The notes under the pieces: model-generated
Database searches by the model: none
Seen by the model: only the letters and a program-made list of their open reading frames with translations
Told to the model about the DNA's origin: nothing
Made by a program: the position numbers and the translations under genes
Shown: one piece after another, positions 37,653-46,140 of the stretch
Layout: the number at the start of each line of letters is the position of its first letter
Position numbering within the stretch: position 1 is the first letter of the stretch
NCBI GenBank assembly: GCA_963677785.2
Contig: CAXXDH010000003.1
Location: forward strand, 2,255,534 to 2,319,533
Direction of reading: 5' to 3'
From: Desulfovibrionaceae bacterium
Lineage (GTDB): Bacteria; Desulfobacterota; Desulfovibrionia; Desulfovibrionales; Desulfovibrionaceae
Length of the DNA: 64,000 nt

Positions 37653-38330
37653 ATGTCTGCCGAATCGCGCGTCATATTGACGCCATCGTTGCTGTCGTCT
37701 GATTTTTCCCGTATCGGGGAGGAGTTGAAAGCCCTGGAGCAGGCCGGATTGTCCTGGGTGCACTGGGACGTGATGGATGGTCGTTTCGTCCCCAACATCA
37801 CCTTCGGCCCGCCCGTGATCAAGGCCTGCCGCAAGTGCTGCGGGTTGTTTTTCGACGTCCATCTGATGATCAAGGAACCCGACCGCTATCTGCAGGATTT
37901 TGCCGATGCCGGCGCCGACCTGCTTTGCGTGCACGCGGAAGCCTGCGTGCATCTCGAACGTACGGTCAGTGAAATCGCACGGCTGGGCGTCAAGCCCGCC
38001 GTGGCCCTGAACCCGCATACGCCTCTGGAATTCGTTGAATACCTGCTGCCGCAGCTCCATATGGTGCTGATCATGAGTGTGAACCCCGGGTTCGGCGGCC
38101 AGAGCTTCATCCCCTTCAGCATGGCGAAAATCCGCCGCCTGCGCCGGATGATCGACGAGCAGAAAGCCGATACGCTGATTCAGGTGGACGGCGGCGTCTC
38201 ACCGGGCAACATCCGCGAACTGGTTGAATTCGGAGCCAATGTCTTTGTCTCGGGCTCGGCCTTTTTCAACCATCCGCCCTACGATACGCGCTACAAGACA
38301 TTCATGGAGGCCGCTTTGCCCGACGGTTAG
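37653..38330 (+). CDS. rpe: ribulose-phosphate 3-epimerase
   Basis: 225 aa. LTPSLLSSDF, HWDVMDGRFVPNITFG, FDVHLMI, MSVNPGFGGQSF, QVDGG motifs. AGGAG RBS. Confidence 0.95.
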   Translation: MSAESRVILTPSLLSSDFSRIGEELKALEQAGLSWVHWDVMDGRFVPNITFGPPVIKACRKCCGLFFDVHLMIKEPDRYLQDFADAGADLLCVHAEACVHLERTVSEIARLGVKPAVALNPHTPLEFVEYLLPQLHMVLIMSVNPGFGGQSFIPFSMAKIRRLRRMIDEQKADTLIQVDGGVSPGNIRELVEFGANVFVSGSAFFNHPPYDTRYKTFMEAALPDG

Positions 38331-38361
38331 GCAGCGCGGAGAGTTTGCGGCCCGGTTGGGA

Positions 38362-38760
38362 TCACGAGTTGACCATGACTTTGACCTGGCTGGGCGCGAT
38401 GCAGGAGCCCACGATATTGCCGTTGTTGTGCTGGGTCACATCCCCCATACGCACGGCAAAGGCGCCTTCCAGCTTGACCTTGTTGCTGCTCATGGAGAAT
38501 TCGGTCTTCTGCATAAAGGTTGAAGATTTGACTCCTCCGGCCACGCCCGGGTTGTCCCCGTTGGTCACCGGGATCTTGGAGGATTTGTTCAGGGCGGGCA
38601 TGCCGCATACAACCACTTTTTTGGTCACGGGCTGGGCCATGGAGGGCACGGCCAGATTGGGGTAGGGCACTGGCGTGGGCTGGCCCGTGGGCGGCAGGGG
38701 GGTCTTGCAAAGGTCGGGCGTACCCTGTGCCAGGCCGCCTTGGGTGGTGCAACACTGCAT
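38362..38760 (-). CDS. PAAR-like DUF4150 protein (T6SS spike tip), with no toxin extension
   Basis: 132 aa. PTPVPYPNLA..., ...KKVVVCGMPALNKSSKIPVTNGDNPGVAGGVKS... pattern of DUF4150 PAAR-like domains. Last gene of the convergent operon. AGGAG RBS. Confidence 0.8.
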   Translation of the reverse strand: MQCCTTQGGLAQGTPDLCKTPLPPTGQPTPVPYPNLAVPSMAQPVTKKVVVCGMPALNKSSKIPVTNGDNPGVAGGVKSSTFMQKTEFSMSSNKVKLEGAFAVRMGDVTQHNNGNIVGSCIAPSQVKVMVNS

Positions 38761-38806
38761 GGAATGCTCCTGAGTTTCAGTTTTCTGGTTTCAAGGCGAA
38801 AATGAG

Positions 38807-39475
38807 TTATCCCAAATGGATCCGTTCGCCGTCGATGCTGACGTCTTCATCGGCCAGCACTTTTGCCTTGCCCGCTTTCAGGTGATAGCTTTCATCCACC
38901 CGGGTCCGCATCCGTTTGGCTTCCACGGTGTCCAGATTCGAGACCCGGCGCAGGCTGTCCCGGATGTTCTGCACCACCAGGCGCACCGTGCTGCGCATGC
39001 TGTCCAGCAAAATAGTGGCCTTGTGCGCGCGGGTTTCCACCCGAAAGGCCGAGAGGCCGAAATCAACAAAATGGGCGCTGCCCGAGACACCGCGCAGGCT
39101 GATGTCCGGGCTGTTCAGGGCCAGTCCCTGCTGCGCTTCGATTTCCACTTTGCCGGGCAGGGAAAGCGTACTGCTGTCGGGAGTGCTTTTTTCCAGCACG
39201 TTGAGAATATAGCCCGAGCCGTTGCCCGCCACAAAAGCCAGCACCAGATCGCCGGGTTCGGGCAGCAGCAGGCAGCCGGCGGCCCGGCGTGCGCGGAGCA
39301 GCGAGCCGTTTTCAAGAGCCAAGGAAAAAAAGCCTGCTTCCCCGGCGTCGCCCGCTTCCCGGTTATCCCCGGCCAAAACATTGCCCTGCAGCAGCTCTCC
39401 CGGCATTCCAGGGGCGGAATGGTCGCCGGGTTTGGATTTCATGGGTTTGAAAGAAAGCACTTTCATCTCTTTCAT
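38807..39475 (-). CDS. DUF3540-like protein
   Basis: ORF 38807..39646 trimmed to the ATG at 39475 (MKEMKVLSF...), which has AGGAGA upstream and lies just after the upstream stop at 39495. The size, the position between the pentapeptide protein and the PAAR-like gene, and the tail ...DGERIHLG fit DUF3540 as I recall it. Confidence 0.6.
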   Translation of the reverse strand: MKEMKVLSFKPMKSKPGDHSAPGMPGELLQGNVLAGDNREAGDAGEAGFFSLALENGSLLRARRAAGCLLLPEPGDLVLAFVAGNGSGYILNVLEKSTPDSSTLSLPGKVEIEAQQGLALNSPDISLRGVSGSAHFVDFGLSAFRVETRAHKATILLDSMRSTVRLVVQNIRDSLRRVSNLDTVEAKRMRTRVDESYHLKAGKAKVLADEDVSIDGERIHLG

Positions 39476-39494
39476 TCGTTTTTCTCCTGAGGCG

Positions 39495-40499
39495 TTATTG
39501 GCCGAAATGGTGCGCCGGCTGCCAGTCTTCGGCCTCGGCCAGGTCTTTGTCCGTACCGCGTACGGTGCCGGTGTCGGTCTGAGTGAATGTTGCGTTTTCA
39601 ATGTCCGCGCGGTGCATGTTGGTATGCAGCAACACGGCCTTGTCAAAGCGGGCCTCTTGCAACCTGGCGTGGGAGAAGTTCACATAGGCCAAGCGCGCTC
39701 CGGAAAAGTCCGTGCTGGCGCAGTGGGCTTTGACGAACAGCGATTCGTTCAACGTGGCTCCGGAAAAGGACGCGCCCGTGAGCATGGCCTGGCTGAAATC
39801 GCTTTGCCGCAGGGTGCTGTTTGAAAAGTCCGCCTCCAGGGCCTGGGCTTTGGCGAAACGGACGTAGGCGCCCTTGCAATTCGTAATGCGCGCGTTGTTC
39901 AGCTTGGCCTCCTCAAACGAGACTTTGGTGAGATCCTGGCTGTCGAATACGGCGTTGGACAGGCTGGAGCCATTGAACTGCGCCATCTTCAGAATGCAGT
40001 CCGGAAAACTCTGGTCGTTCAGGTTGGCTTGGTACAGCAGAATTTTTTCCAGCCTGGTCCCTGCAAAAGTGACCGTACGCAGGTCCAGCTCCGGCAGGTA
40101 GGCACGGAACATGTCTGCGCCTGTGCAGTTGACGCGCGTGAGGTCGCAGCGCTGGAGCATGGCCTGCTCCAGGGTGGCCTGGCTGCAGTCCGCGTCTTTC
40201 AAGGAAACCTGTTCGAACTGGCTGTGGGACAGGTCTGCCTGGACAAGAACGGCCTTGTCGAGCAGGCAAGCCGAAAATTGCGCTTCAACCAGATTCGCTT
40301 TGTTCAGGTTTACTTCGCTCAGGTCGCATTCCTGAAGCGCGCAGCCCTGCAGCACGGCCTTGGAAAGGTTCGCACCGCCCAGCCGGACGCGTTCCAGGGC
40401 AGCTCCCTGAAAATCAAAGCCCGCGAGGTTCGCTCCGCTCAGGTCCAGGTCGCGCAGGGCGCCGTTTTGGCGTATCTGGTCCGCAAGATCTTGTATCAT
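39495..40499 (-). CDS. pentapeptide-repeat protein
   Basis: 334 aa, almost entirely A(D/N)LxX pentapeptide repeats (ANLAGFDFQGAALERVRLGGANLSKAVLQGCALQECDLSEVNL...). Confidence 0.9.
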   Translation of the reverse strand: MIQDLADQIRQNGALRDLDLSGANLAGFDFQGAALERVRLGGANLSKAVLQGCALQECDLSEVNLNKANLVEAQFSACLLDKAVLVQADLSHSQFEQVSLKDADCSQATLEQAMLQRCDLTRVNCTGADMFRAYLPELDLRTVTFAGTRLEKILLYQANLNDQSFPDCILKMAQFNGSSLSNAVFDSQDLTKVSFEEAKLNNARITNCKGAYVRFAKAQALEADFSNSTLRQSDFSQAMLTGASFSGATLNESLFVKAHCASTDFSGARLAYVNFSHARLQEARFDKAVLLHTNMHRADIENATFTQTDTGTVRGTDKDLAEAEDWQPAHHFGQ

Positions 40500-40519
40500 T
40501 AGTATTGTCCTTGCTGCGG

Positions 40520-43054
40520 TTAGTCCTCAAACAGCGCCGGATCCAGGAGCGTTCGCTTCAGGTTCAGCTCGGTCATTTTGGTCTCTCCCCGCCGGATTTT
40601 AAACAGATCCGCGCCGAACAGGTTGGAGTGTCCCAGTCTGGCGCCGACCAGGCTTGCTTTGCGCAGCGAGGCGAAAAACAGATTGCAGTGTTGCAGGTGC
40701 GCTCCCTCCAACAGGGCCTTGCTGAAATCCGCCTGCCGGGCAATCACGCCATTGAAAGTCGCGCCGCATAAATCCGCCCCTGCAAAGTCGGCGCGATCCA
40801 TTGCGGTATGAATGCATCTGGCGTTGGGCAAGCGGGCGCCGCCCCATTTCGCATCGTCCAGCAGCGCATGACTGAAATTCGGCTCCACCAATTCCGTGGT
40901 CGCATCGGCCCGCGAGTCGGTCAGGTCCGCGCTTTCAAAACGGACTTCTTCACCCTGGGCGCCGAAAAAGCGGGATTCTCGCGCTTTGGCTCTGCTGAAC
41001 AGCACGGAGCCGATTTTGGCGTTGCTGAAATCCGCGGCCTCGAGTCCGGCTTCGCTGAAATCCGAACCAGTGAGATCCGCGCCGGAAAATTCGGCCATGG
41101 TTGCCGTGGCCTTGTCCGCGGCGATATGCCACATCAGGGCGTTCTGGAACAGGGCCTCGGAGAGTTCGGCCTCGCGCAGCTTGGCGTCGGTAAAATCGCA
41201 GTCCGTGAAATCTCCGCCCGAAAGCACGGCCTGGCGCAGGTTGGCTGCTTTGAAGCAGGCCTTTGGCGCCGTGGCCTGGGAAAAAATCGCGTATTCGCAA
41301 CGGGCATTGGAAAAGTCCGCTTCGTCGAGCAGCGCATTGCTGAAATCAGCCCGCGCGCAGTCCGCGCCGCTGAAGTTGCAGCCCGAAAGCACGGCTTTGC
41401 TGAAATCAGTATCCCGCAGATCCTGTCCGGAAAAGTCCTGCCCGGAAAGGTCCTGCCCGGCGTAGCCCTGTGCTTCGGGTTCCGGTTCTTTCTGCGGGGC
41501 CACATCCGCGGCTGTTTCAGCAGCAGCCTCCGTGGCGGCCAGCTCGGCTTCTGCCGCGGCCAGGGCCTGTTCCGCTTCCGCAAAGGCGGTCAATGCCGCA
41601 CTGATTTTGCTCTTGGCCTCGGCGGGCAGCTTGTCGTTATCCAGCGTCTGTTTCATGAGCGTCTTCAGGTCCGGGACCTGGTCCATTCCCGAGCGTTCCC
41701 TGGCCATACGCTCCACGTCGGCCATGGTCAGCCCTTTTTCCTGCAACAGCTTTTGGGTTTCCGCCTCGATCTGGGCCGTGGCTTTTTGCAGCTCGGCCTC
41801 GGTCAGCGGCTTTTCGTCCACGGGGCTTTTGGGCGGCAGGTGTTTCTCCAGTTCCGCGTCGCTGATGCCGTGCTTTTTCTGCAGGGCTTTGGTTTCCGCT
41901 TCGATTTTGGCGGTTTCCGCCCTGAGGGCGGCCAGCTCCGGATCCTCGGCTTCCGGTTTTTCGGGTTCGGGAGCTTCGGCGGCTGTTTCTTCCGGCCGGG
42001 CCGCGGCTTCAGGTTCTTCCGCTGCTTCGGCTTCAGCGGTCAGACCTTGCTCCTCGGCCAGCTGTTGCTGCAGAAACGTCTGGTAGTACGCGCTGGTCCG
42101 CGGAGTTTCCTCCTGCATTTCCCAGACGGCCAGCAGATGGGTGACGTCCGAGGCCTCGTCATCCAGAACAGGGAGTTGCGCGCGGTAGCAGAGGATGGCC
42201 AGCTCGCTTTCCGGCAGCAGCCAGAGCGTATCCGGCCGCGCTTCTCCCTCTACGAATGTTTCCGGCCCTTCACCTTGTTTTTGGGCGAAAATACGGGCCC
42301 GCAGACCCGGCAGCGTGGTTTCCTGAAAGCGCTTTTGCGGATGCATTCCTTCCACATATACGGGCGCATCACCGTGCAAAAACTCTTTGAAACGCTGGTC
42401 TTCCGGGGCGGTCATGAAAAATTCCGGATTGGTGTCCGTGGGCAGGGAGGGCCAGGTATCCCGCAGCCAGTTTTTGTCGAACGTACCGTAGTGCTGCGAA
42501 CGCCGGGGCGAATCCGGAGGATAGGCCGTCAGTCCGGCGGGCTTGTGCGACGCGTCCTGCGGGACGGCGGTTTTGCTCGGGGCCAGAATGTTGGGGAGCT
42601 CGGTGCTGCCGTCTTCTTTGACGGCAAAGCCCTTGCCGAGGGGGTTGATGGCGTGGCCGGGGCCGCCGTAGGCGTATTGCCAGCAGATCCGCAACGGATC
42701 CAGTATTTCCGGATCGTTCTGCACGCCCATCTGCAAGGAACGGTTGCCGTAGATTTCCAGGGTCTTTTCCAGGCCGTCCACGCGCAGCCTGATACGCGCG
42801 GCCCGGGCGTTGTCTTTGGGGTGGCAGCGGCCGTACACGAGATATTCCGCCCGTGGCTTGGGTTCGCCCGTGTCGAAAATTTCAGCCTCCAGCAGTGTTT
42901 TTTCCAGGGTTTCCCACATGGAGCTTTCTTCCAGCAGCTCGCGCGGGCTCTCAAAGGAAAAAAACGCGTAGGCTGAAACGCACAACCTGTTCTTTCCGGC
43001 AAAAGTGAAAGGCCGCGGCAACAGGCCGAGATTCGTGGGTTTGACTATTTTCAT
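40520..43054 (-). CDS. DUF2169 (T6SS adaptor family) - acidic coiled-coil linker - pentapeptide-repeat fusion protein
   Basis: ORF 40520..43090. The ATG at 43054 (MKIVKPTNLGLL...) is preferred because of the GAGGAG upstream. The N-terminal ~330 aa show DUF2169 hallmarks (GTFDKNWLRDTWPSLPTDTNPEFFMTAPEDQRF). The middle is a Glu/Ala/Pro-rich helical region. The C-terminal ~300 aa are pentapeptide repeats. Confidence 0.8.
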   Translation of the reverse strand: MKIVKPTNLGLLPRPFTFAGKNRLCVSAYAFFSFESPRELLEESSMWETLEKTLLEAEIFDTGEPKPRAEYLVYGRCHPKDNARAARIRLRVDGLEKTLEIYGNRSLQMGVQNDPEILDPLRICWQYAYGGPGHAINPLGKGFAVKEDGSTELPNILAPSKTAVPQDASHKPAGLTAYPPDSPRRSQHYGTFDKNWLRDTWPSLPTDTNPEFFMTAPEDQRFKEFLHGDAPVYVEGMHPQKRFQETTLPGLRARIFAQKQGEGPETFVEGEARPDTLWLLPESELAILCYRAQLPVLDDEASDVTHLLAVWEMQEETPRTSAYYQTFLQQQLAEEQGLTAEAEAAEEPEAAARPEETAAEAPEPEKPEAEDPELAALRAETAKIEAETKALQKKHGISDAELEKHLPPKSPVDEKPLTEAELQKATAQIEAETQKLLQEKGLTMADVERMARERSGMDQVPDLKTLMKQTLDNDKLPAEAKSKISAALTAFAEAEQALAAAEAELAATEAAAETAADVAPQKEPEPEAQGYAGQDLSGQDFSGQDLRDTDFSKAVLSGCNFSGADCARADFSNALLDEADFSNARCEYAIFSQATAPKACFKAANLRQAVLSGGDFTDCDFTDAKLREAELSEALFQNALMWHIAADKATATMAEFSGADLTGSDFSEAGLEAADFSNAKIGSVLFSRAKARESRFFGAQGEEVRFESADLTDSRADATTELVEPNFSHALLDDAKWGGARLPNARCIHTAMDRADFAGADLCGATFNGVIARQADFSKALLEGAHLQHCNLFFASLRKASLVGARLGHSNLFGADLFKIRRGETKMTELNLKRTLLDPALFED

Positions 43055-43323
43055 GGGCTCCTCAATACGCCGTGTGGAGTGTTTATTCACCCTGAACGTA
43101 TCTTATGCGCTGGCAAGCAAAAAAAAGCAACCGGCCGGTGTTGTGGAGCGGCATTCTTCCCAACGCCGCCCCTTTGCCGCCGGGCTTCTTTTGATACGAT
43201 CAATAGTGAATGTCTATATGCTTTTTGGGGTTTTATCAATGAACGAACACTGGTTGGAGCCTGTAAAGAGGTCTTTTGCAATTGGTTGACAGGCTGTCCC
43301 GCCGCAACTATAGCGAACAATAC

Positions 43324-43484
43324 GTTCAGGTTTCACATCCGTGAATGAAAAGAGAATCCGGTGAAAATCCGGAACGGGCCCGCCGCTGTAACCGGGGACC
43401 AACGCCGCAGCAAAGCCACTGGCGCCATGCGCCGGGAAGGCGCGGCAAGTAGGATGAACCGGAAGTCAGAAGACCTGCCTGAAC
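43324..43484 (+). promoter_or_regulatory. cobalamin (B12) riboswitch aptamer
   Basis: Conserved core aagagaatccggtgaaaatccggaacgggcccgccgctgtaa and B12 box agtcagaagacctgcc (43464-43479). P1 pairing is gttcagg (43324-43330) with cctgaac (43478-43484). Located upstream of the DUF4198 gene. Confidence 0.8.
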
Positions 43485-43691
43485 CCCTGGCTGGCATTCT
43501 CGCGGAGTACGATGCCATGGCTAAGCTGCGCGGATTACAGAGCATCCCCGGGTCGTTTGCGGTCGGGGATGTAGTGTTTTTTGCGGCACCAGCGACGCGG
43601 AATGCACAGGTATGCTCTCTGGGCCGTTGCATCCGGCTTTTACCGGCGGATGCGCCTGCTCATCATAAACGACAAACCCATGGAGAGACGT

Positions 43692-44546
43692 ATGAAACGC
43701 TTTGTATCGGTCTGTGCCGTGCTTGTCTGCGCCGTTGCGGTGTTGTTTTCCGCCCCGCCGGGGGCCAAAGCCCATTCCCTGTTTATCCAGGTCGGGCGCT
43801 ACACGGTTTCGCAGGGGAAGAACTCGCCCTTTTTCTTTCTTTACGGACACCATTTCCCCGTGGACGATGCCATTCGCAGGAAAAAACTCGATTACGTACG
43901 TATCCTGTCGCCGGACGGAAAGACCACGGATGTGGCCCTGCGGGATGAAAAATGCCTGCATTCCTACATGGTGGACTACAACCAGCCCGGCACCTGGGCT
44001 TTGTACGCGGCCACGACTCCGGGATACTTCACCACCTGGATTGATAAGAAAGACCACACGCGCCACACCATGCGCCCCATGAACACGATCATGGACAAGG
44101 CGAAGTCCGTCAAGACCGCGCTCAAAAGCAGCCAGTGGGCCAAGACCTATGTGACCTGCGTGGAGCCTTCCAAGGATTTTCCGGCCAAGATCGGAATGCC
44201 TCTCGAACTGGTGCCCGGGCAGGATCCCTCCACCCTCAAGCAAGGGGACACGCTCGAATTGACGGTCTATTCCGAGGGCAAGCCCTATGAGGAATCGGGC
44301 TTTTGGGACGCCACCTACATGGGGTTCTCCACCGAAGCCGAAGACATGTACATCCAGCGTACGGAGATTAAGGACGGCAAGATCAGCCTGCCGCTGGACG
44401 TAACGGGCCGCTGGTTTGTCCGTTTTTTCGTCAAACTGCCCGCACCCGAGGCCGATAAGGGCGAGTATCTGCAGCGCAAGCTGACCACCACCCTGACCTT
44501 TGAGATTCCCAACGAACGGAAACGGCCCAAGCTCGACGGCCATTGA
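43692..44546 (+). CDS. DUF4198-family periplasmic protein (nickel/cobalt-uptake associated)
   Basis: ORF 43581..44546 trimmed to the ATG at 43692 (MKRFVSVCAVLVCAVAVLFSAPPGAKAHSLFI...). Signal peptide followed by AHS, typical of the DUF4198 N-terminus. GGAGAG RBS. B12 riboswitch upstream. Confidence 0.7.
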   Translation: MKRFVSVCAVLVCAVAVLFSAPPGAKAHSLFIQVGRYTVSQGKNSPFFFLYGHHFPVDDAIRRKKLDYVRILSPDGKTTDVALRDEKCLHSYMVDYNQPGTWALYAATTPGYFTTWIDKKDHTRHTMRPMNTIMDKAKSVKTALKSSQWAKTYVTCVEPSKDFPAKIGMPLELVPGQDPSTLKQGDTLELTVYSEGKPYEESGFWDATYMGFSTEAEDMYIQRTEIKDGKISLPLDVTGRWFVRFFVKLPAPEADKGEYLQRKLTTTLTFEIPNERKRPKLDGH

Positions 44547-44732
44547 TCTAATGCCGCGCAGAGCGGATGCGTGTCCGAGCGCGTTCGCTCAGCCCGAATC
44601 CCATCCGAATTCCATGATCCCCTCGTGTCGCGGAGCGCCACAAAAGCGCTTGCCCCTGCCTGATCGAGCAGCTATCCTGCATTGAACAACGCCGTCTAGC
44701 CGACGTCAATGGTTCAAAAGGAGGCTCTCGCC

Positions 44733-45254
44733 ATGTCCGAACAGACCAATCCGGTGCTGGCCGCACTGCACGAGCGGCGCAGCATCCGCAAATATACCGG
44801 CGACCCCGTGTCCGGGGAAAACCTGCTGCAGATTCTGGATGCCGGTCGCTGGGCGCCCAGCGGCAAAAACAACCAACCCTGGAAGTTCGCGGCGCTTCTG
44901 GCCGGAGATCCGCGCCAGGAACAGCTCTCCGGGCTGACCAAATACCAGCCCCTGATTCAGGGCGGTAAAGCCTTCGTGGCCGTGTTTCTGGAAAAAAGCC
45001 GGATGTATGACCCGGTCAAGGACCACCAGGCAGCCGGGGCCTGTATCCAGAACATGCTGCTGGCCGCGCACGCGCTCGGCCTGGGCGGCGTCTGGGTCGG
45101 CGAGATACTCAAAAGCACGCCCCAGGTGCTCGAATTGTTTCACCTCAGCCCGGAAGAGTACGAGTTCATGGCTCTGCTCGTCTTCGGGCATCCGGCCGCC
45201 GAGGGCGCCAGCTCACGGCGCGAACTTTCTGAATTTCTTGTGGAGGCTCTTTAG
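44733..45254 (+). CDS. nitroreductase-family protein
   Basis: ORF 44709..45254 trimmed to MSEQTNPVLAALHERRSIRKYTGDPV... (classic nitroreductase N-terminus). ...APSGKNNQPWKF. GGAGG RBS. Confidence 0.85.
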   Translation: MSEQTNPVLAALHERRSIRKYTGDPVSGENLLQILDAGRWAPSGKNNQPWKFAALLAGDPRQEQLSGLTKYQPLIQGGKAFVAVFLEKSRMYDPVKDHQAAGACIQNMLLAAHALGLGGVWVGEILKSTPQVLELFHLSPEEYEFMALLVFGHPAAEGASSRRELSEFLVEAL

Positions 45255-45881
45255 ATGCAAGTGTTGACTTTTCCCATCGGACCGCTGGAAACCAACTGCT
45301 ACCTGGCCATGGAAGGCGATCAGGCCGTGGCCGTGGATCCGGGCGGCGATCCCGCCCGTGTCGTCGACTATCTCCAGGAAGCCAAGCTCGAACTGACGCA
45401 TATTCTGCTGACGCACCTGCACTGCGACCATCTTTACGGCGTCAAAGCCCTGGCCGAGGCCACGGGCGCCAAAGCCTACGCCAACGAGGAAGACGCCTTT
45501 CTGCTGGGCACCGAAATCGGCAAAGGCGGCCTCATGGGACTGCCCCTGGTGCCGGATTTCAGCTACGAACCCCTGGCCCCCGGCGCGTTCCAGGCCCTCG
45601 GGCAGACCTGCAAAGCCTTTTCCACGCCCGGACATACGCCCGGCAGCCTGAGCTTTTATTTCCCTGACGCGGGCGTGCTCTTCGCCGGCGACGTGATCTT
45701 CAACCGTTCGGTCGGGCGTAGCGACTTCCCCGGCGGCAGCCACGAAATACTGCTGCAATCCATCAGTACGCAGATATTCAGCCTGCCGGACGATACCGTG
45801 ATCTACGCCGGACACGGCAACCCCACCACCGTGGGCGATGAAAAAATGCACAACCCCTTTCTTACCGCATTCAGGCGGTAG
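45255..45881 (+). CDS. MBL-fold hydrolase (hydroxyacylglutathione-hydrolase-like)
   Basis: 208 aa. THLHCDHLYG motif, ...TPGHTPGS..., ...GDVIF...GR.D.PGG. Abuts the nitroreductase stop. Confidence 0.85.
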   Translation: MQVLTFPIGPLETNCYLAMEGDQAVAVDPGGDPARVVDYLQEAKLELTHILLTHLHCDHLYGVKALAEATGAKAYANEEDAFLLGTEIGKGGLMGLPLVPDFSYEPLAPGAFQALGQTCKAFSTPGHTPGSLSFYFPDAGVLFAGDVIFNRSVGRSDFPGGSHEILLQSISTQIFSLPDDTVIYAGHGNPTTVGDEKMHNPFLTAFRR

Positions 45882-46140
45882 GCCTTTTATGCTGTCTGAA
45901 GAAATAGATTTGCGTTCGGTGTGTTGACGTCTGGGCGTGGAGATAGGTTGGTATCTCCGTTTCGGCAAACGCGACGCGTTTGTGTTTTTGCTGCGTCCGG
46001 ACCAGCTGGACGAGGCGAGGGACGTCTGTTTTATTGAGACCGACTGGCGGGTGGCTGCCGTTGAATTGCTCGATGAATCACCTGGCGAACCGTCTGAGGA
46101 AGGCCGCCGCGTACGGTTTGTGAAAAAATAGGAGAAAATC

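Noticed and set aside
40808-42976. 722-aa plus-strand ORF, plus several 150-190-aa ORFs, antisense to the DUF2169-pentapeptide gene.
   Set aside because: These are Gly/Arg/Phe-rich nonsense translations opposite a gene with clear domain content. They are shadow ORFs.
43091-43323. Search for a sigma-54 promoter upstream of the DUF2169 operon on the minus strand.
   Set aside because: No GG-N10-GC element with acceptable flanks was found in the right orientation. The promoter is left unassigned.
44733-45254. The idea that the nitroreductase-family gene downstream of the B12 riboswitch is BluB (DMB synthase).
   Set aside because: The protein is shorter than I expect for BluB. BluB chemistry needs O2, which fits poorly with the anaerobe-type gene content. 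I saw no BluB-specific motifs. It is called only at family level.
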